Origin: Vicugna vicugna
Taxonomy: Eukaryota
Direction of reading: 5' to 3'
Assembly (NCBI GenBank): GCA_013265495.1
Contig: MU057640.1
Span: 1,063,303 to 1,127,302 of the forward strand
Length of the DNA stretch: 64,000 nt
Within the stretch, counting starts at the first letter, position 1; each line of letters starts with the position of its first letter. Made by a program: the position numbers and the translations under genes. This document shows, piece after piece, positions 23,699 to 36,560 of this stretch. A model generated the notes under the pieces. That model made no database searches. It was not told the origin of the DNA and worked only from the letters and a program-made list of their open reading frames with translations.

Positions 23699-24929
23699 GT
23701 TACTTACTCTTAAAACCCAAACGCTGGGTGTTGGACCTTAGACTCTTCCTAACTGATGTCTTTATCACAAGCCATGTAAAGGCTATGTAACTAGAGAATT
23801 AATTTTAGAAATACAGTGTTTCAGGTTACCAAATATAAGATTAAAAATAGACACTGCACATGGGAATTTAAAAGGCAATTATAATAAAATGAGAAGTGTG
23901 TGTATGTGTCATGGCTAAAAGTTCAAAGCTGAAATTTCAACATTACAGCCATAATCAGGTAAGAAAAACAAAATTCAACGAGTGAATCTGTCCCTAACAC
24001 TAGGCTGGAAATTTTTTTTTTTAATTTTAAAAAAGGATACTGCCCAAGGGAAATGCTGACTAACATTTGACCTTCATAACCAAGAATGGACGTTGTCAGT
24101 GAGACTCTGAAGCATAAAAGAGAACCTCCAAGAACTTCACGGCCACCAAGCTCTTTGGAGAACAGTCTGAATTCCCCAACACCCACCCCCAGCACACACA
24201 CAGACACACACACCATACTTTCTAGCATGTGCCCTAGAACCACAGTCCGCACAGGGTAAGCCAGCAGCATTTGCTTTAGCTCTTTGGAGCAGCAAGACCT
24301 CCAAGAGCACATCAGGGTCCTACACAGATGAGTAGAAACCAAGACAGAAGCAAACTGACAAAGGAGGCTCCCACCGGAGTTGAGTACTAATCTCACAAAC
24401 TTTTCAGCAGATAGAGTGGTTTGGTTTAAATTTAGGAATTATCCTTGTAGGAGCTGCTGGGCTGCGTGGAATTCCCAGGACCCGCCTCCCAGCTGCCACT
24501 GCCCTTTCTGGTCTTCCATTTAGTCTACAGACCCGCTTTCTGTAACCTCCTACCCACCTGCCCGCCTGAGTCTCAGCCAGGGTCTGCTGAGTCTGGGGCT
24601 CCCACAAACACACGTGCTGTTTGTGAGTCTCCTTGTGCCCACCAAGCAGATCGTGGGTTCAGAGACTGCACTGAAAGCCGGAGGTGGGGCCACCCAGAGG
24701 GTCCCCGTCCCTGCTGCTGGGCCCCCACTAGCCGCTTCTGTGCCTCAGGAGGAAATCAGCTCCTCTTTATCTCTCTGAGTCAGCCCTTGGGAGGCCCCAT
24801 CTGCTTCTTCAAACTGGCTTACGAAGATATTTCTTCGAAACAAATAGACTAAATCTTCCTAAGATGAATCCTGTAATTAGCATTTTTCTCTCCATATTTT
24901 TTCCTGAACTTTTTTCCATGTTTATAGAG

Positions 24930-25200
24930 TGACTGCTCAAATGTCATCTCCTAGGAGGGGCTTTTTCTGACCCTCAAAGCTTCCTTCCTCCCCACTAACC
25001 TCCCTTCTAACCTCCCCCTCCCCTGCCCCCACCACTTTCAATTTCCTTACCTGGCTTTGCTTTCCTTCATGGTGTTTATTACTTCCTGATGCTATTCTAT
25101 GTGTGAGTTTTTCGTCCCATGAGGCAAGAACTTTGTCTTATTCACATTGTCTCTCCAGAGGCTAGAACAGTGCCGGCACACTGTAGGGCTCAATCAATAA
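24930..25200 (+). mobile_element. L2 3' end
   Basis: ctcaaatgtcatctcct...catgaggcaagaactttgtc...ctagaacagtgccggcacactgtagggctcaat. Confidence 0.85.
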
Positions 25201-26239
25201 ACTGGCAAATGCCTATTATTTGACAGTCCATTGTACTGGCCCGTGTAACACAGAGATGAGTCAGATCATCAGATAGTTCATGATTCAGTGCAGAAAAGGA
25301 GGCAGACACATGTGCACAGTATATCGTGGGAGTGTGTACCACAGGGACCCAAAGAATGGCATGTTGGTTTGGTATGAGTGAAGGAAATAAGAAAGGCCTT
25401 GCTATAGGGAAAAATTTCTGGGCTGGATTGAAGGGAGCCCGGATCTCAGGAGAGGAAGTGGATTCTAGGTAGAGAGCACCGCCCGCACGAAGACATGGAG
25501 CTATGGCACCACCTGTGCAATGGGAAGTTTCAAGTGGCGGGAACAGAGGGACGTGCAGGAAGGCCCAAGACGAAACTTCTGAGGGTGGAACTTGGCACAG
25601 GTAGCGGAACCAGTACATTCCAGACTCTGACTCTAGACAATTTGATCTCACCAGGTCTTGCCTGCCTGGACTTCTGTCCTTTAGCCCTGAGACTTTCTCT
25701 TAAAAGACACTGAGATTTTGTCCTCCTTTCACTCCTACGGATTCCAATAGAGGCGACCACGTTGCCCGTCTCCAAGGGGCACTATTCATATAGTGGCTCT
25801 GATTCCCTTCTCTTCCTCACTTCTTATCTCAAATAGACCCTGGCCTTGGACCCTCTTTTTCTCTTATTTTGTGTTTATTCATGGGGCCTTTGCCTTCCCC
25901 TTCCACTATTTCCAGACACACCCACTGTGTACTTCCAGAGAACTGTACACACATCACCTCTAATTCACAGAAAAATTCCGCAAGTTCAAAAAAAAAAATG
26001 GGGTTCTGAGAATCTAAGTAAATATCCCAAGACCCTGAAAAAATTCAAACTCAGAACTTTCTGAATTCAAAGCTATGATCTTTCTTCAATACTGAGCCAC
26101 TTTCTAAAGCAAGTCTTCTGGTACAAGACTGAGGTAGTAGATCAGGGCCTAAATGCCCCCCAAGAAACCCAAAAGTAAGGGCAATCAGGGTTTGGGGAAG
26201 GGGGGCAAAGATTGGAGGGAAAGTGAAGGTGGTTAGAAT

Positions 26240-26347
26240 CCCATTACAATGTTTAATTCTGGTGTACAGCATACTGTCCCAGTCATGTATGTATGTATGT
26301 ATGTGTGTATATATATATACACATACATACATACATATACATATTCA
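26240..26347 (-). mobile_element. Tiny L1 tail fragment with (TATG)n/(TACA)n repeat
   Basis: ttacaatgtttaattctggtgtacagcata followed by a simple repeat. Confidence 0.6.
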
Positions 26348-26819
26348 AGTCCCAGAATCCATACCAGCTACAAATGAATCCAATTAAATTTTGCTTTAGT
26401 TAGAGAACATCACTGACCTGTTTCATTCAAAAATAAGCTAAGTCACTGGTCAGGAAAAATGACTCCACTATTGGTTATAGAGCCTATTCCCCAGGGAATC
26501 TGATTTCTACTGCATTCTCCTTGCCCCTTCACCATTAAGATAATGATATTGCTAACACAAGATGTTTCCAATTAAATTACAATGGCTTAAACAAATATTA
26601 TGTTCCACTATCTTACATAATGGTACATAATTTACATAATAGTTGAAAGATCTCTTCAGATGCAGTGAAAAACCTACATCTTTATCAAGAAAAAGATATC
26701 AAATATAATTATGAAATTTTTTTCTAGTAATCATAAAATTTGATCATTTCTTTCTACCTATAAGAAACTCTGATTATGGAAACATACAACATAAAGCACA
26801 AACCCATATCATAATCAAC

Positions 26820-27290
26820 CATGTCCACAATGTGATCAACTGATATCTATCAAGCTATATCTACTTTCCTTGGGTTAGTACTTGCATAATGTATTTTTCC
26901 ACCTTTTTATTTTTCAAAATTTTATTTCCTTATCTTTTAAATATATCTCCTGAAAACTTTTAAAATCTATCTGATGGTCTTCATCTTTTAATTGCAACAT
27001 TTAGTCCATTTGTGTGTAATACAATTACTGAAATATTGGAGTTTATATCTACCATTATGTGTAGTGCTTTTGTCCCAATGTTCAAATCTTTTTCCTTCAT
27101 TCTCATTGGCTTATTTTTAATTATTTTCATTTGAACCTGTTAGCATTGAAATTATACACTCTACTATTCTTTAGGGGTTATTCTAACAGTTATATGTGTC
27201 ATTAACTTACCAAAGACTAATATTTATTGATATTTCTACTTCCCAGACAATGCAATGACCTTAGAAATCCTTATCTTCTAATCCCCTCTA
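26820..27290 (-). mobile_element. Ancient L1 fragment
   Basis: tttccttgggttagtacttgcataatgtatttttccacc...tttagtccattt is an antisense L1M motif. Confidence 0.65.
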
Positions 27291-29194
27291 GAATGATTGA
27301 GGGACCAACAGACAAAGTGAAGAATTAAAGGAAAAGGCTAAATATTTTTCTTAGAGCTCAGACTATCATTGACAGCAGACTGTAGCCTCCTCAAAGGGGA
27401 AAAAAAAAAAACAACTCCATCACTCTTAGACTTCAACACAAGCCCCTAGTTTAAATTTGATAACCCAGCATTCATGCCCAGTTCTGTAATGAGCTAGTTG
27501 TCATCACAGAGAGAATAAAACACTTGACCCTCCCCTACCTTCAGGCCCAAGAACATCATTCTTTTCTTATCCAAAGCCCCTCTCTCTATCCAAAGAAAAG
27601 GAGAGAAATACTTTTCATCACATGAAGGTGGGGACCCTTCCATGAGGCATTGCTTTGGTGCTCATCTATCACATCATGCCACTAGCTAGCAGGAACCAGG
27701 AAACACAGTTCCCACCACATCTGCAGTTCAGTTCAGTTCAGTGCCTGCAGTGAAGGAGAGCACTTCCGGGTGTTGGTTGCAGACTGAGCAAGAGGAGGGA
27801 CCTCTCTGTAAGGACACAACTTTAGAGACCCAGAAGAATAAGCCTCAGGAACTTCCATCACAGGTTATGTCAGGGAGCATCAGGCGGTCTTAATACCCCC
27901 AAGACTGAGAAACCAGGGGCTGAATCACATTCAGAAACCAGCAAGCCTGACACATCAGAATACAAAGGTAGCTTCAGTTTTCTCACGAGGCCAAGTGACA
28001 AGGTGAATGCATGTCAGGAGTCAGCACGGCCACTGTTACACAATTTCTGGCAAGACCTGCAATCTCTGGGTGACAAGAATCACTTGAACCCATACTGTAG
28101 GCCTCCATGATAGACGCAGCTGGTAGTCACTTCAAGAGGGATCACGGAAGACTGATGCCTGCTACAGATGACACTTAGTAACGATTATAGGTGCGTTGTG
28201 ACTTACAAGATGGGTTCACATGCAGCACGTTATCCCTCTACTGTTGCTTATTTCCAATGATAGGAGATTCCTGACAATGTAATCCTGCCTATCTTATCAA
28301 AGAAATCCAGACATTAGGAGTCAGTATCATGTTAGAAACTGGCTCATGCATCACAGGGACTCCACTTTTTACGACTCTAATTGTTAATGCCGTATTTCAA
28401 TGACGACTTGAACGACAGATGCAGGACTTCAGAAAGACTTCAGGAAGACTTCACAGTTTTTTGATTCACCAGACAAGCAAAAGCAACAATGAGAACAATG
28501 AATTTCACCAGAGCCACAAAGCCAAACAAGCATTAAGTTTTCTTTAGCTATTTCAGCTACCCACATAGAGTCACACAAGACTTCCATACTCCTTACAGAC
28601 ATGTTACAATGGCGCACAGACAGCGCCTTCGAAAAGGGTCTCTCTGTGTTAATTTAAAAACCAGCAACACTACTTTAGCAGTATGTTCCAGAAGGACGCA
28701 TGTCCTTTAAGACCATATCATGAGGACATTTCTCTAAAGGTTTACTCACTGCACTTTGAGGAGTGGCACTAGCAGAGCTGTTATTATGACAAATATGAAA
28801 GTCACTATTCACAGTATTTAGCAGGTTTCAGTGAATTCTCCTTTCAGGGGTAAGTGTAAGATGTCTGAGTTAAGAAGGAAGAATGATAAAGGGCTATGTT
28901 CTGAGCTCTCCTAGCTTCTTGGTGGTCTTTTTATTTCCTGCAACTCCATGTACTGGGGACTCAGGAATTCTGCAAACAAGAGCCCGTCTAGGGAGGGAGA
29001 GCCCACAAACCAGGCTGCAATTCCAACGTGAACAAGCAAAGCCCACCCCCAAGGCTCCAAAGCAGTCTGGAGGTGAGGCTGAAGGAAGGGGCTGATGAGA
29101 AGGAGAATGATTCCCAGCTGAATTTGAGTTCGTGCCTTTGGAAGAGTAAAGCAGCCAGGGATGGCAGAGTGGCCCAACCACCCCACAAAACTGC

Positions 29195-29470
29195 AAGGCT
29201 GGCCTCCTCGTCGCTCAGTGTAAACCCAGCAGGACCAGCAGCACCAGCGCGCAGTCCCCGCAGCGCGGCCACGGTCCCCCAAGGGAAGTGATGAGCACGC
29301 AGGACACTCATATCCCACAGCAACTGGCATCATGCTTCAGGAATTAACTCAAGAACGCTCCCAGCCGAAGACGGTCAGGTGATCTCGCCGAAGAAACAGC
29401 TGTGTGGAAGGTGTAAAAGCGGAGCACAGCTCAGTCTTTCATTGGCGTCTATCCCCTTTAAGAATGGCCA
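29195..29470. promoter_or_regulatory. Small CpG-rich promoter-like element
   Basis: About 16 CpGs in ~250 bp (counted by eye) in a CpG-poor window. ATTGG (CCAAT) at 29441-29445. Not repeat-like. Confidence 0.4.
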
Positions 29471-30889
29471 TCAGGGTAAATCCTGCTTGAGAAATACAGG
29501 CATTGAGCTTTACATGTAATGACTAAGGAAAACAGGCAGCTAATGTATTTAGGAGCAGACCAGCCCCAGCTGGGACTTGGGCAGCCTTCACAAGCCTGGG
29601 GCCCCATGCTGACCCCAGCCTCCCCAGACTGTGTACGTGACACAAGACAGCAGCTTTCTAATGAAGTGAACCACCCCTCCGACCCGTCCTTTTTGCATCG
29701 CTGATGGCCTGTCACTGGACTCCATCCGTGGTACAGAAATCATCCCATTTATGAGACTCCGATGGGCGAGCATGGGCAGGTCCAGCAGCACACGGTGGAG
29801 GCATAAACACTGTGACAAGCCTAAAGGATCTTTGAACCTAATTTCAGAACATGTGTGTGTTGTATGCACGTGTGTGAACACACATGCACAAGTATGTGCA
29901 CTTACTTTTCAAAGCAGAGGGCCTGGTCCATTCCTGGGTAACTTCCTGCCTCCCCATTACATTTGGAGCAAAATCCACGCTCCCAAGGCCCTGAAGAATC
30001 AGCCGCCACTCATTTCCTTTCCAGCCTCGCCTTCCCCTTCCTCCCACACAAGGCATCCTCTCCTTCCTCGAGCCCCTTCCCGCTTTCCAAAAGCTCTAGG
30101 TCTAGATCTGCATATGCTTGGACCCCTCCCAAATCACCTGTCTCTCTGCAAACATTCCACCACCAAACAGGCTCTCCTGAGCCTCCCATCCTGTCATGCC
30201 TCAGCCTCCTACCTGTCCTGTTTTCCCGGCAGCCCGACACAAACTGACAAGTGTCCTTGTTCTTTTTGTCAAAGGACAAGGAGAACACTACTCAGTATCT
30301 GAAATCGAACCACAAGGCTGAATTTATTGCTCAGAGGATAAGGAAGAGCTCTGCTGGCCAAAAGTTCCCTCCAAGCAGAACAGAAGCTCATCTCACAGAG
30401 GGCTGTGGAAAGCGTCGGGCTCTGCGACTGGCGGGCATTCGGAGGCGCTCGTGGGCTGACATGAGGCCGGTGCTCAGGTGAGACTGATGCTGGCGGGAGG
30501 GCTTTCTGGGGGCGCCTCTGTCTCTGATTAGCTGACTTTCAGAAGTGAGGGGCCGACACTGGGTGGCTTTCAAACCAGCTTTCACTAAGACAAGTTGTTG
30601 TTGACCAAATGAACAGATTCAAAGTTGGTTCTGATGGTTACCTGTCCCATGGCTACAGAACAATCAGGCTTTTCCTAAGTTCGTGGGAAATTTCATTCTC
30701 TGAAGGTAAACTCTACGCAGTTAGGTTTGTCTGTGTCATTCATCCTGTATCTCCAGGACCTACTACACCTGATACATTGAGGGGCGCGAAGAAATCAATG
30801 GTTGGGGTTTGTTTGGGTTTGTTTGTTTGTTTGCTAGATTATTGATAATGAGTGTTTTTATTTTAAGCTTTGCCACTTTATTCTTACAG

Positions 30890-31100
30890 CACGATATAGC
30901 TGTTAAGAGCAGGACTTCATAGTCACCCAGTCCTGGTTTTGAATTTCGGCTCTCGCATTAACTAGCTTATGGCCTTCCTGGATCCCCATGTCATTAACTG
31001 AAAGAAGGGAGGGGGGGAAGACTAAAAGTATCTCCCAAGGCTCCCCTGGGGATTATGGAAATAACGCCCCGTTTCTAACACGTTAAGTGTTCTAAAGTAG
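30890..31100 (+). mobile_element. MIR SINE
   Basis: tagctgttaagagcagg...cctggttttgaatttcggctct...actagct. Confidence 0.65.
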
Positions 31101-32489
31101 AAGTCGTGTCTATAACTACTTGAAAGTTTCTGAAAGATTCAAAGAAGACGTTTAAGACCATAATACCCAGGATGATCAGGCCTGGCCCTATGGAAAGGCA
31201 TAGCGTAAGGTCTGAAATAGAGACTCCAAGAGACGCTCCTGACCCCAAATCTTCCCAGTCCTTCCTTAACCACGGCCCCCCGTCACCGCCCAGATTTCCA
31301 CCCTGCTTCTTCCTCCCCTGCAGGCCACTCACTCCTGAGATTCCCAGCATGAACATTTCCCATGCCTGGAGGTACACAAACTGCGTTAAATCATTTTCTT
31401 TCAAAAGAAACACTATTTAGCAAGTTCATTCTGTTGATCCATTTATTTGATTAACCTTGTACAATTCATTGCAACTTACATGGCAGAAACCTGAGACAGC
31501 AAGACCCAGGACAGGTAAGTTCTGAAGGGGGCATGCGGACACTGAATTGGCTCTTTGAGGGCAGAGGGCCCTGCAGGCCTAGAGCTTCAAGATAAAGTCC
31601 ATGAACTCTGCTGCTTTGCCCAAGTCCAGTTCTGGCAAAAATATTCATTTTCTAGGTCTTCATAAAATTTAACATTCTCTGTCTCACACACACATACACG
31701 CTCACGAGGACATACACATCTCTATCCCTAGCTCTTGCCAACCAAAATCTCTAATACCTTTAGCGAGGTTTATGGGCATAAAACCTAAGTGTTTATTCCT
31801 TTGGAACTATCTGAAAACTGACAAAAGCTGAGTATACCTGTTCACTCTGACGGCAAATGATACCCTGTCTCCAGGACTTGGCTTCACATTATGTGGATTT
31901 GGTTAACATCATGAGTGCCCCTGGATCTCAGTCATCCAGACACATGAAACTGCACTCCATATAAAATGCAGTGAGGAGGGCAGCGAGGCCTGTGGGCAGC
32001 AGGCCCTGGGTCTGCATCCTCTCTCCCACGGCCTGGCTGTGTCACTCTGGGAAGGTTGCCTGGGCCTGCCGAGCTGGCTTCCTGCTTTATGCCCATCTTG
32101 TGAACCTGTCTGAGAATGTCACATATAAACCACAGGCACAGAGTAGGGGCTCATCAGGTAGCAGCTTAAAGTGGGCAGGGGTGCCCAGCACTTCAACTCA
32201 CAGGCTGCCAGAGCTGGGGATGAAGCCATAAGTGACTTGGGGGGGAACTTCAGAGAAAATACAGGATCGGTGGGAGGCGGTGTTCTCCTGGTGAACAGGG
32301 GATACTCAGGGACAACGGGAACCCACTTGACACAGCACAGGCCTGGGGTGGAGCTGGTTTCACATCCCAAAGTTCAGCCATAAGTGAAACCTTCTGAAGG
32401 GTTCTTGGGCCTCCTCTGAAACAGACTCCAAGTAAAGAAAGTCAGCGCTAGCCACTTATCTGAGCTCTGCAAGCACATCCAACAGGAGG

Positions 32490-33035
32490 GAGAAACCACC
32501 TAAGTGTCCATTGATGGATGAATGGATAAAGAAATATGGTCTCTATGTACAATGGATTATTATTCAGCCGTAAAAAGAAAAAAATCCTGCCACTTGTGAC
32601 CGCATGGAAGAATCTTGAAGGTATTTTTTTGCATTATTCCCAGTCAGAGAAAGACAAATACTGTATGATCTTACTTACATATAGAACCTTAAAAAACAAA
32701 ACTCATATAAAGAGAAAACGGATTGGTGGTTCCTGGGGGTTGTAAAATGAGTAAGTTCTGGGGATGTAATGTACAGCATGGTGACCATAATTAACAATAC
32801 TGTGTTGTATATTTGACAGTTGCTAAGAGAGTAGATTTTAACAGTTTTCACCAGACACACAACAAAAAAATCGTGACTATGTGAGGTGATGGATATGTTA
32901 ATTAAGCTTATTGTGGTAATCATTTCACAATATACACAAACTTCCTATCATTATGTTGTACACCTTAAACTTACACAGTGTTATATGTCAATTATGTCTC
33001 AAAAAAGCTGGAAGAAAAAGAAATGAAAAAATAAG
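32490..33035 (+). mobile_element. L1 3' end (L1MA/MB-like)
   Basis: cctaagtgtccattgatggatgaatggataaag...atgttgtacaccttaaacttacac with an A-rich tail. Confidence 0.9.
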
Positions 33036-33049
33036 CACAGAAAGTCTTC

Positions 33050-33380
33050 CTCTTAGCTCTGACTCCATCTCATTCCCATAAAACTTTTGTTTGTTCCTTG
33101 TGCCTCTTTCCAGGGGTTTTAAATGTAAATACTAGCAAACACAAATTATATTTTTATCTCTCCCCTTGCTGTTACACAAAAAAAGTATACCATACTCTTG
33201 GCTTTTCCACTTTGTCTTTTTCACAAAATTATAGATCTGGAGATTTTTCCCTATCAATATATAGAGAGACTCCTCTTTTTTTTCAAGTAACTCCATGTTT
33301 CATACTTTAACTGGTTCCTACTAACAGAAATTTGGGGTGTTTCCAATCTTTTGTTATTATAAACAATGCTGCAATGGAAA
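33050..33380 (-). mobile_element. Ancient L1ME 3' fragment
   Basis: atttggggtgtttccaatcttttgttattataaacaatgctgcaat. Confidence 0.65.
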
Positions 33381-33604
33381 AAAAAAAAAAACCAGGAGGA
33401 TGAAGAAAATGTGATGAATGCCGGAGGGCAGGCACTCTGTCCGATGAGGGTTCTGAGTGGGACCTAAGGCTTCTCTTCCGTCTTCCACCCAAGAGTCTCC
33501 ATCTCATTTGTCCCTGCTCTTATGAAGGCACCACCTGGAGGCCACTACCAGAAATGACAGCACGGAATGAACCTCTCAACCGCTTCCAGCAGCAAAGTAT
33601 CTTG

Positions 33605-33730
33605 TATAGATTCACTCAGCAAATATGTACTGAGCAGAGACTCAATACATTATTAGGGGCCAGACAGGTGCTAAGTGCTGGGTATACAAAGTAGGAAATT
33701 CAGTGGCAGCTCTCAAGGAGCTCATTGTGG
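33605..33730 (-). mobile_element. L2 3' fragment
   Basis: attcactcagcaaatatgtactgagc...gccagac...gtgctggg...ctcaaggagctca. Confidence 0.7.
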
Positions 33731-35049
33731 AGACAACTGTTGAGTAATGGAGTTGCAGGGAGCTGCGAGAGCAAAGAGGACCACAATGCTGATCAGCCCT
33801 GGACCAAGCCCTCTACTCCCCAGCCCCCTCCTCTGTGAAATCCCCTCCTGCACCTCAGGAGAATTATTTGCAAATAAATGGCATTCTTTGGCTCTAGGGT
33901 ACCCAGGCCTTTCCACCTCCAGCCTCCATCATTCATCTTTCCAATTGCACCAGGCCAGCTGTCATTCCGTTTTCAAAATGAAATTTCCTGCTCGATCCTC
34001 CCCTGAGGAAGGCTTGGATTCAGGGGAAATTTTTGTTCATTTTCTTTTTGGGGAGTTTTAACTGCTTCCAGTGATTCAGACTGCCTCTGAATAATTCCTT
34101 TTCTCCTTCCCCTGCTTCCTTTTCTCCCTTTCCTCTGGCTAAGAAGCAGGTCCGTGAGGGACAATGAATTAAGAAATTAGAGCAACATTCCAACCCTGCT
34201 TCTCTCCTAGTTTCAGCCCCTGACATTTTAAACAAACATCTTCAGAACTTTTATTGCAGAATTTCCAGGGGCACATTTGAGTCAATATCTACTTTTAATC
34301 TCTTGAGGACGGATGTGATTTAGGGAAATTGTCAAATTTTCAGTGGAGTCCCTCCCGAGACTCAGATGGGTGACTGAACTGGGTTGATGTCATCACGGGT
34401 CCCAAAGTGTGTCACAGCTATTAAAAAAGGAAATTGGCTTTCCTGGGTAGTTAGAATGCAGTTTAGCAAAGCAGGCTCCTCCAAATGTGCTCTGAGCTCT
34501 GAGGCTCAGTGAAATAAGTATGTATCTCCCAAGGCCCCTGCTTGGAAAGTTATATTCATTTTGGATGGATAAGTTTTCTCAGTATTTAAGGATCACAGGT
34601 AAAAAAGCACTAAGGGAGTCAAAGGGATGGCCCGTTGGTGATCAGGACTAAGAGAGCTACAGGTGCTCAGAGGACAGCCCAGTGCATCCTCTGGCCTGAA
34701 ACAGGCAGGACCACCCCTTCTAACCGAGTAGAGGCGAGAGATCAAGATGGACACAGATGAAGGTAAGCGAGGAGGCAGGCTGAGCTGGAAGTTTAGGCAG
34801 AGGCAGTGGAAAAACACTTCCCTTGTGAGCATCAGTATAGCTGTGATTCCCAGTGTGGCACATTGGTGTCCATTCAGCAGAGGCTGTCACAGAAGAAAAC
34901 ACCAGTGTAAAAGTTAAGCGGGGCCCAGGGATGAAAGGCTCTGAAAACTATTTTCAAATGTTTGGACTTTCCCCTACAGATGATGGGAAGCACAAAAGAA
35001 TTCTAAGCAAAGGAGAGATCAAAGCAGGGTCTTTTTTGTGGGGTTCGTT

Positions 35050-35708
35050 TTTTGGTTTGTTTGTTTGTTTGTTTGTTTGTTTGTTTATTTATTTTTATTG
35101 AAATGTGGCCGGTTTACAACATTGTGTTAGTTTCTAGTGGACAGCATAGTGATACATATACATACTCTTTTTCATTACAGGTTACTACAAACCACTGAAT
35201 ACAGTTTCCTGTGCCGTACAGTAGGACCTTGCTGTTTGTCTATTCTGTACATAGTAATTTGTATCTGCAAATCCCAAACCCCAATTTATTGCTCCCTCCC
35301 TCCTTTCCCCCCTGGGAATCATAAGTTTGTTTTCTGTGTCTGTGACTCTCTTTCTGTTTCGTAAATAAGTTCATTTGTGTCCTTTTTTTATATTCCACAT
35401 ATAAGTGATATCATATATTTGCCTTTCTCTGACTTACTTCACTTAGTATGATAATCTCTAGGTCCATCCATGTTGCCACTAATGGCAAAATTTCATCCTT
35501 TTTTATGACTGAGAAGTATCCCATTATATATCTATACCCCAACTTCCTATCCATTCAACTGTCAGTGGACACTTAGGTTGCTTCCATGTCTTGGCTACTG
35601 TAAATAGCGCTGCTGTGAACATTGAGGTGCAAATATCTTTTCGATTTAGACTTTTTCCCAAATATATGCCCAGGAGTGGGACTGCTGGCTCACAGGGTAA
35701 CTCTCACC
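35050..35708 (-). mobile_element. 5'-truncated L1 with (TTTG)n tail
   Basis: Antisense L1 3' UTR and ORF2 end (cttggctactgtaaatagcgctgctgtgaacatt). Confidence 0.9.
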
Positions 35709-35749
35709 ATGCACAATGGCAGGGGAGAAGCAGCTTGGGCTCCTGGCTA

Positions 35750-36560
35750 GAAGAGGCCTGTGGATTCATTTGGACCTGAATTCATATCCCGGCTGAACCA
35801 CTTACTGGATCAGGAGTCTGTTTTCTCATCTGTCAAATGGGGATAATATTAAGGATAATGGAGTTCCCATGAGGAACCAGTGCCCCGTGTGGGGTCAGCA
35901 CTCAGACGACGGCGCCTGTTCCAGCATCTGGGTGGTGACAGGCTGGTGAGAGGAGGGGGAGAGTGGCCGAGAGGTCACTTAGGAGGCTGCTTCAGTCATT
36001 CTACAAGGACGGCAAAGCGCTCAGCCAGGCGGTGGTTTCCTTTCCACGAAGGCGGAGGAGAGGCAGGTTGTGTGGCCCCATAGATTCCTAAGGAGAGTTG
36101 AAGAGGTTTGGTGATTGGATAAGAAAAGAGCGGGGAAGGGCTGGGATTCAGCCCTAGAGCCTGGGCTCTGGGAGAAAGTGGTGATCAGCAGGGAAGAGAG
36201 GCAGGGGCCCCCGTCGGACAGGCTCCGTCTGAGTGGCATGACAAGGGTAGGAGGAGATTGAGGCCAAGTGGGCTTATTCCTTCATTTCCTTGGAGACTCT
36301 GCTTTTCCCATTATTCCCCCATCAGAGAGGCTTCCCCTGGCAGCCCCTACATGCTCCATCACTGCCCCCCTCCCCACTGCTCCTCAGCACCTATGACTAC
36401 CTGACACAGCACGTGTCTGTTTACCGATGGGTTGTACTGTCCGGCTGCCTGCCCAGTAAAGCGGGACGGCCTTTGTTTCATTAGTTCCCCATCCCCAGTG
36501 CCTAAAGCAGTGCCTGGCACACAGCAGATGTTCGATAATAGCACTTGTTGTTGTTAAAGT
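35750..36560. mobile_element. MIR and L2 fragments
   Basis: MIR core ctcatctgtcaaatggggataat at ~35825. L2 tail ccagtgcctaaagcagtgcctggcacacagcagatgttc at ~36495. Confidence 0.7.

Noticed and set aside
27724..27742. (CAGTT)n resembling a ruminant Bov-A2 tail
   Set aside because: Fewer than four units and no adjacent SINE body.
28425..28454. Three GACTTCA units with 11-nt spacing
   Set aside because: A short local tandem duplication with no spacers, so not CRISPR-like, and no evident function.
29751..30302. 183-aa ORF and overlapping ORFs
   Set aside because: Low-complexity Pro/Ser/Leu product from C-rich DNA, with ORFs open in several frames and no domain.
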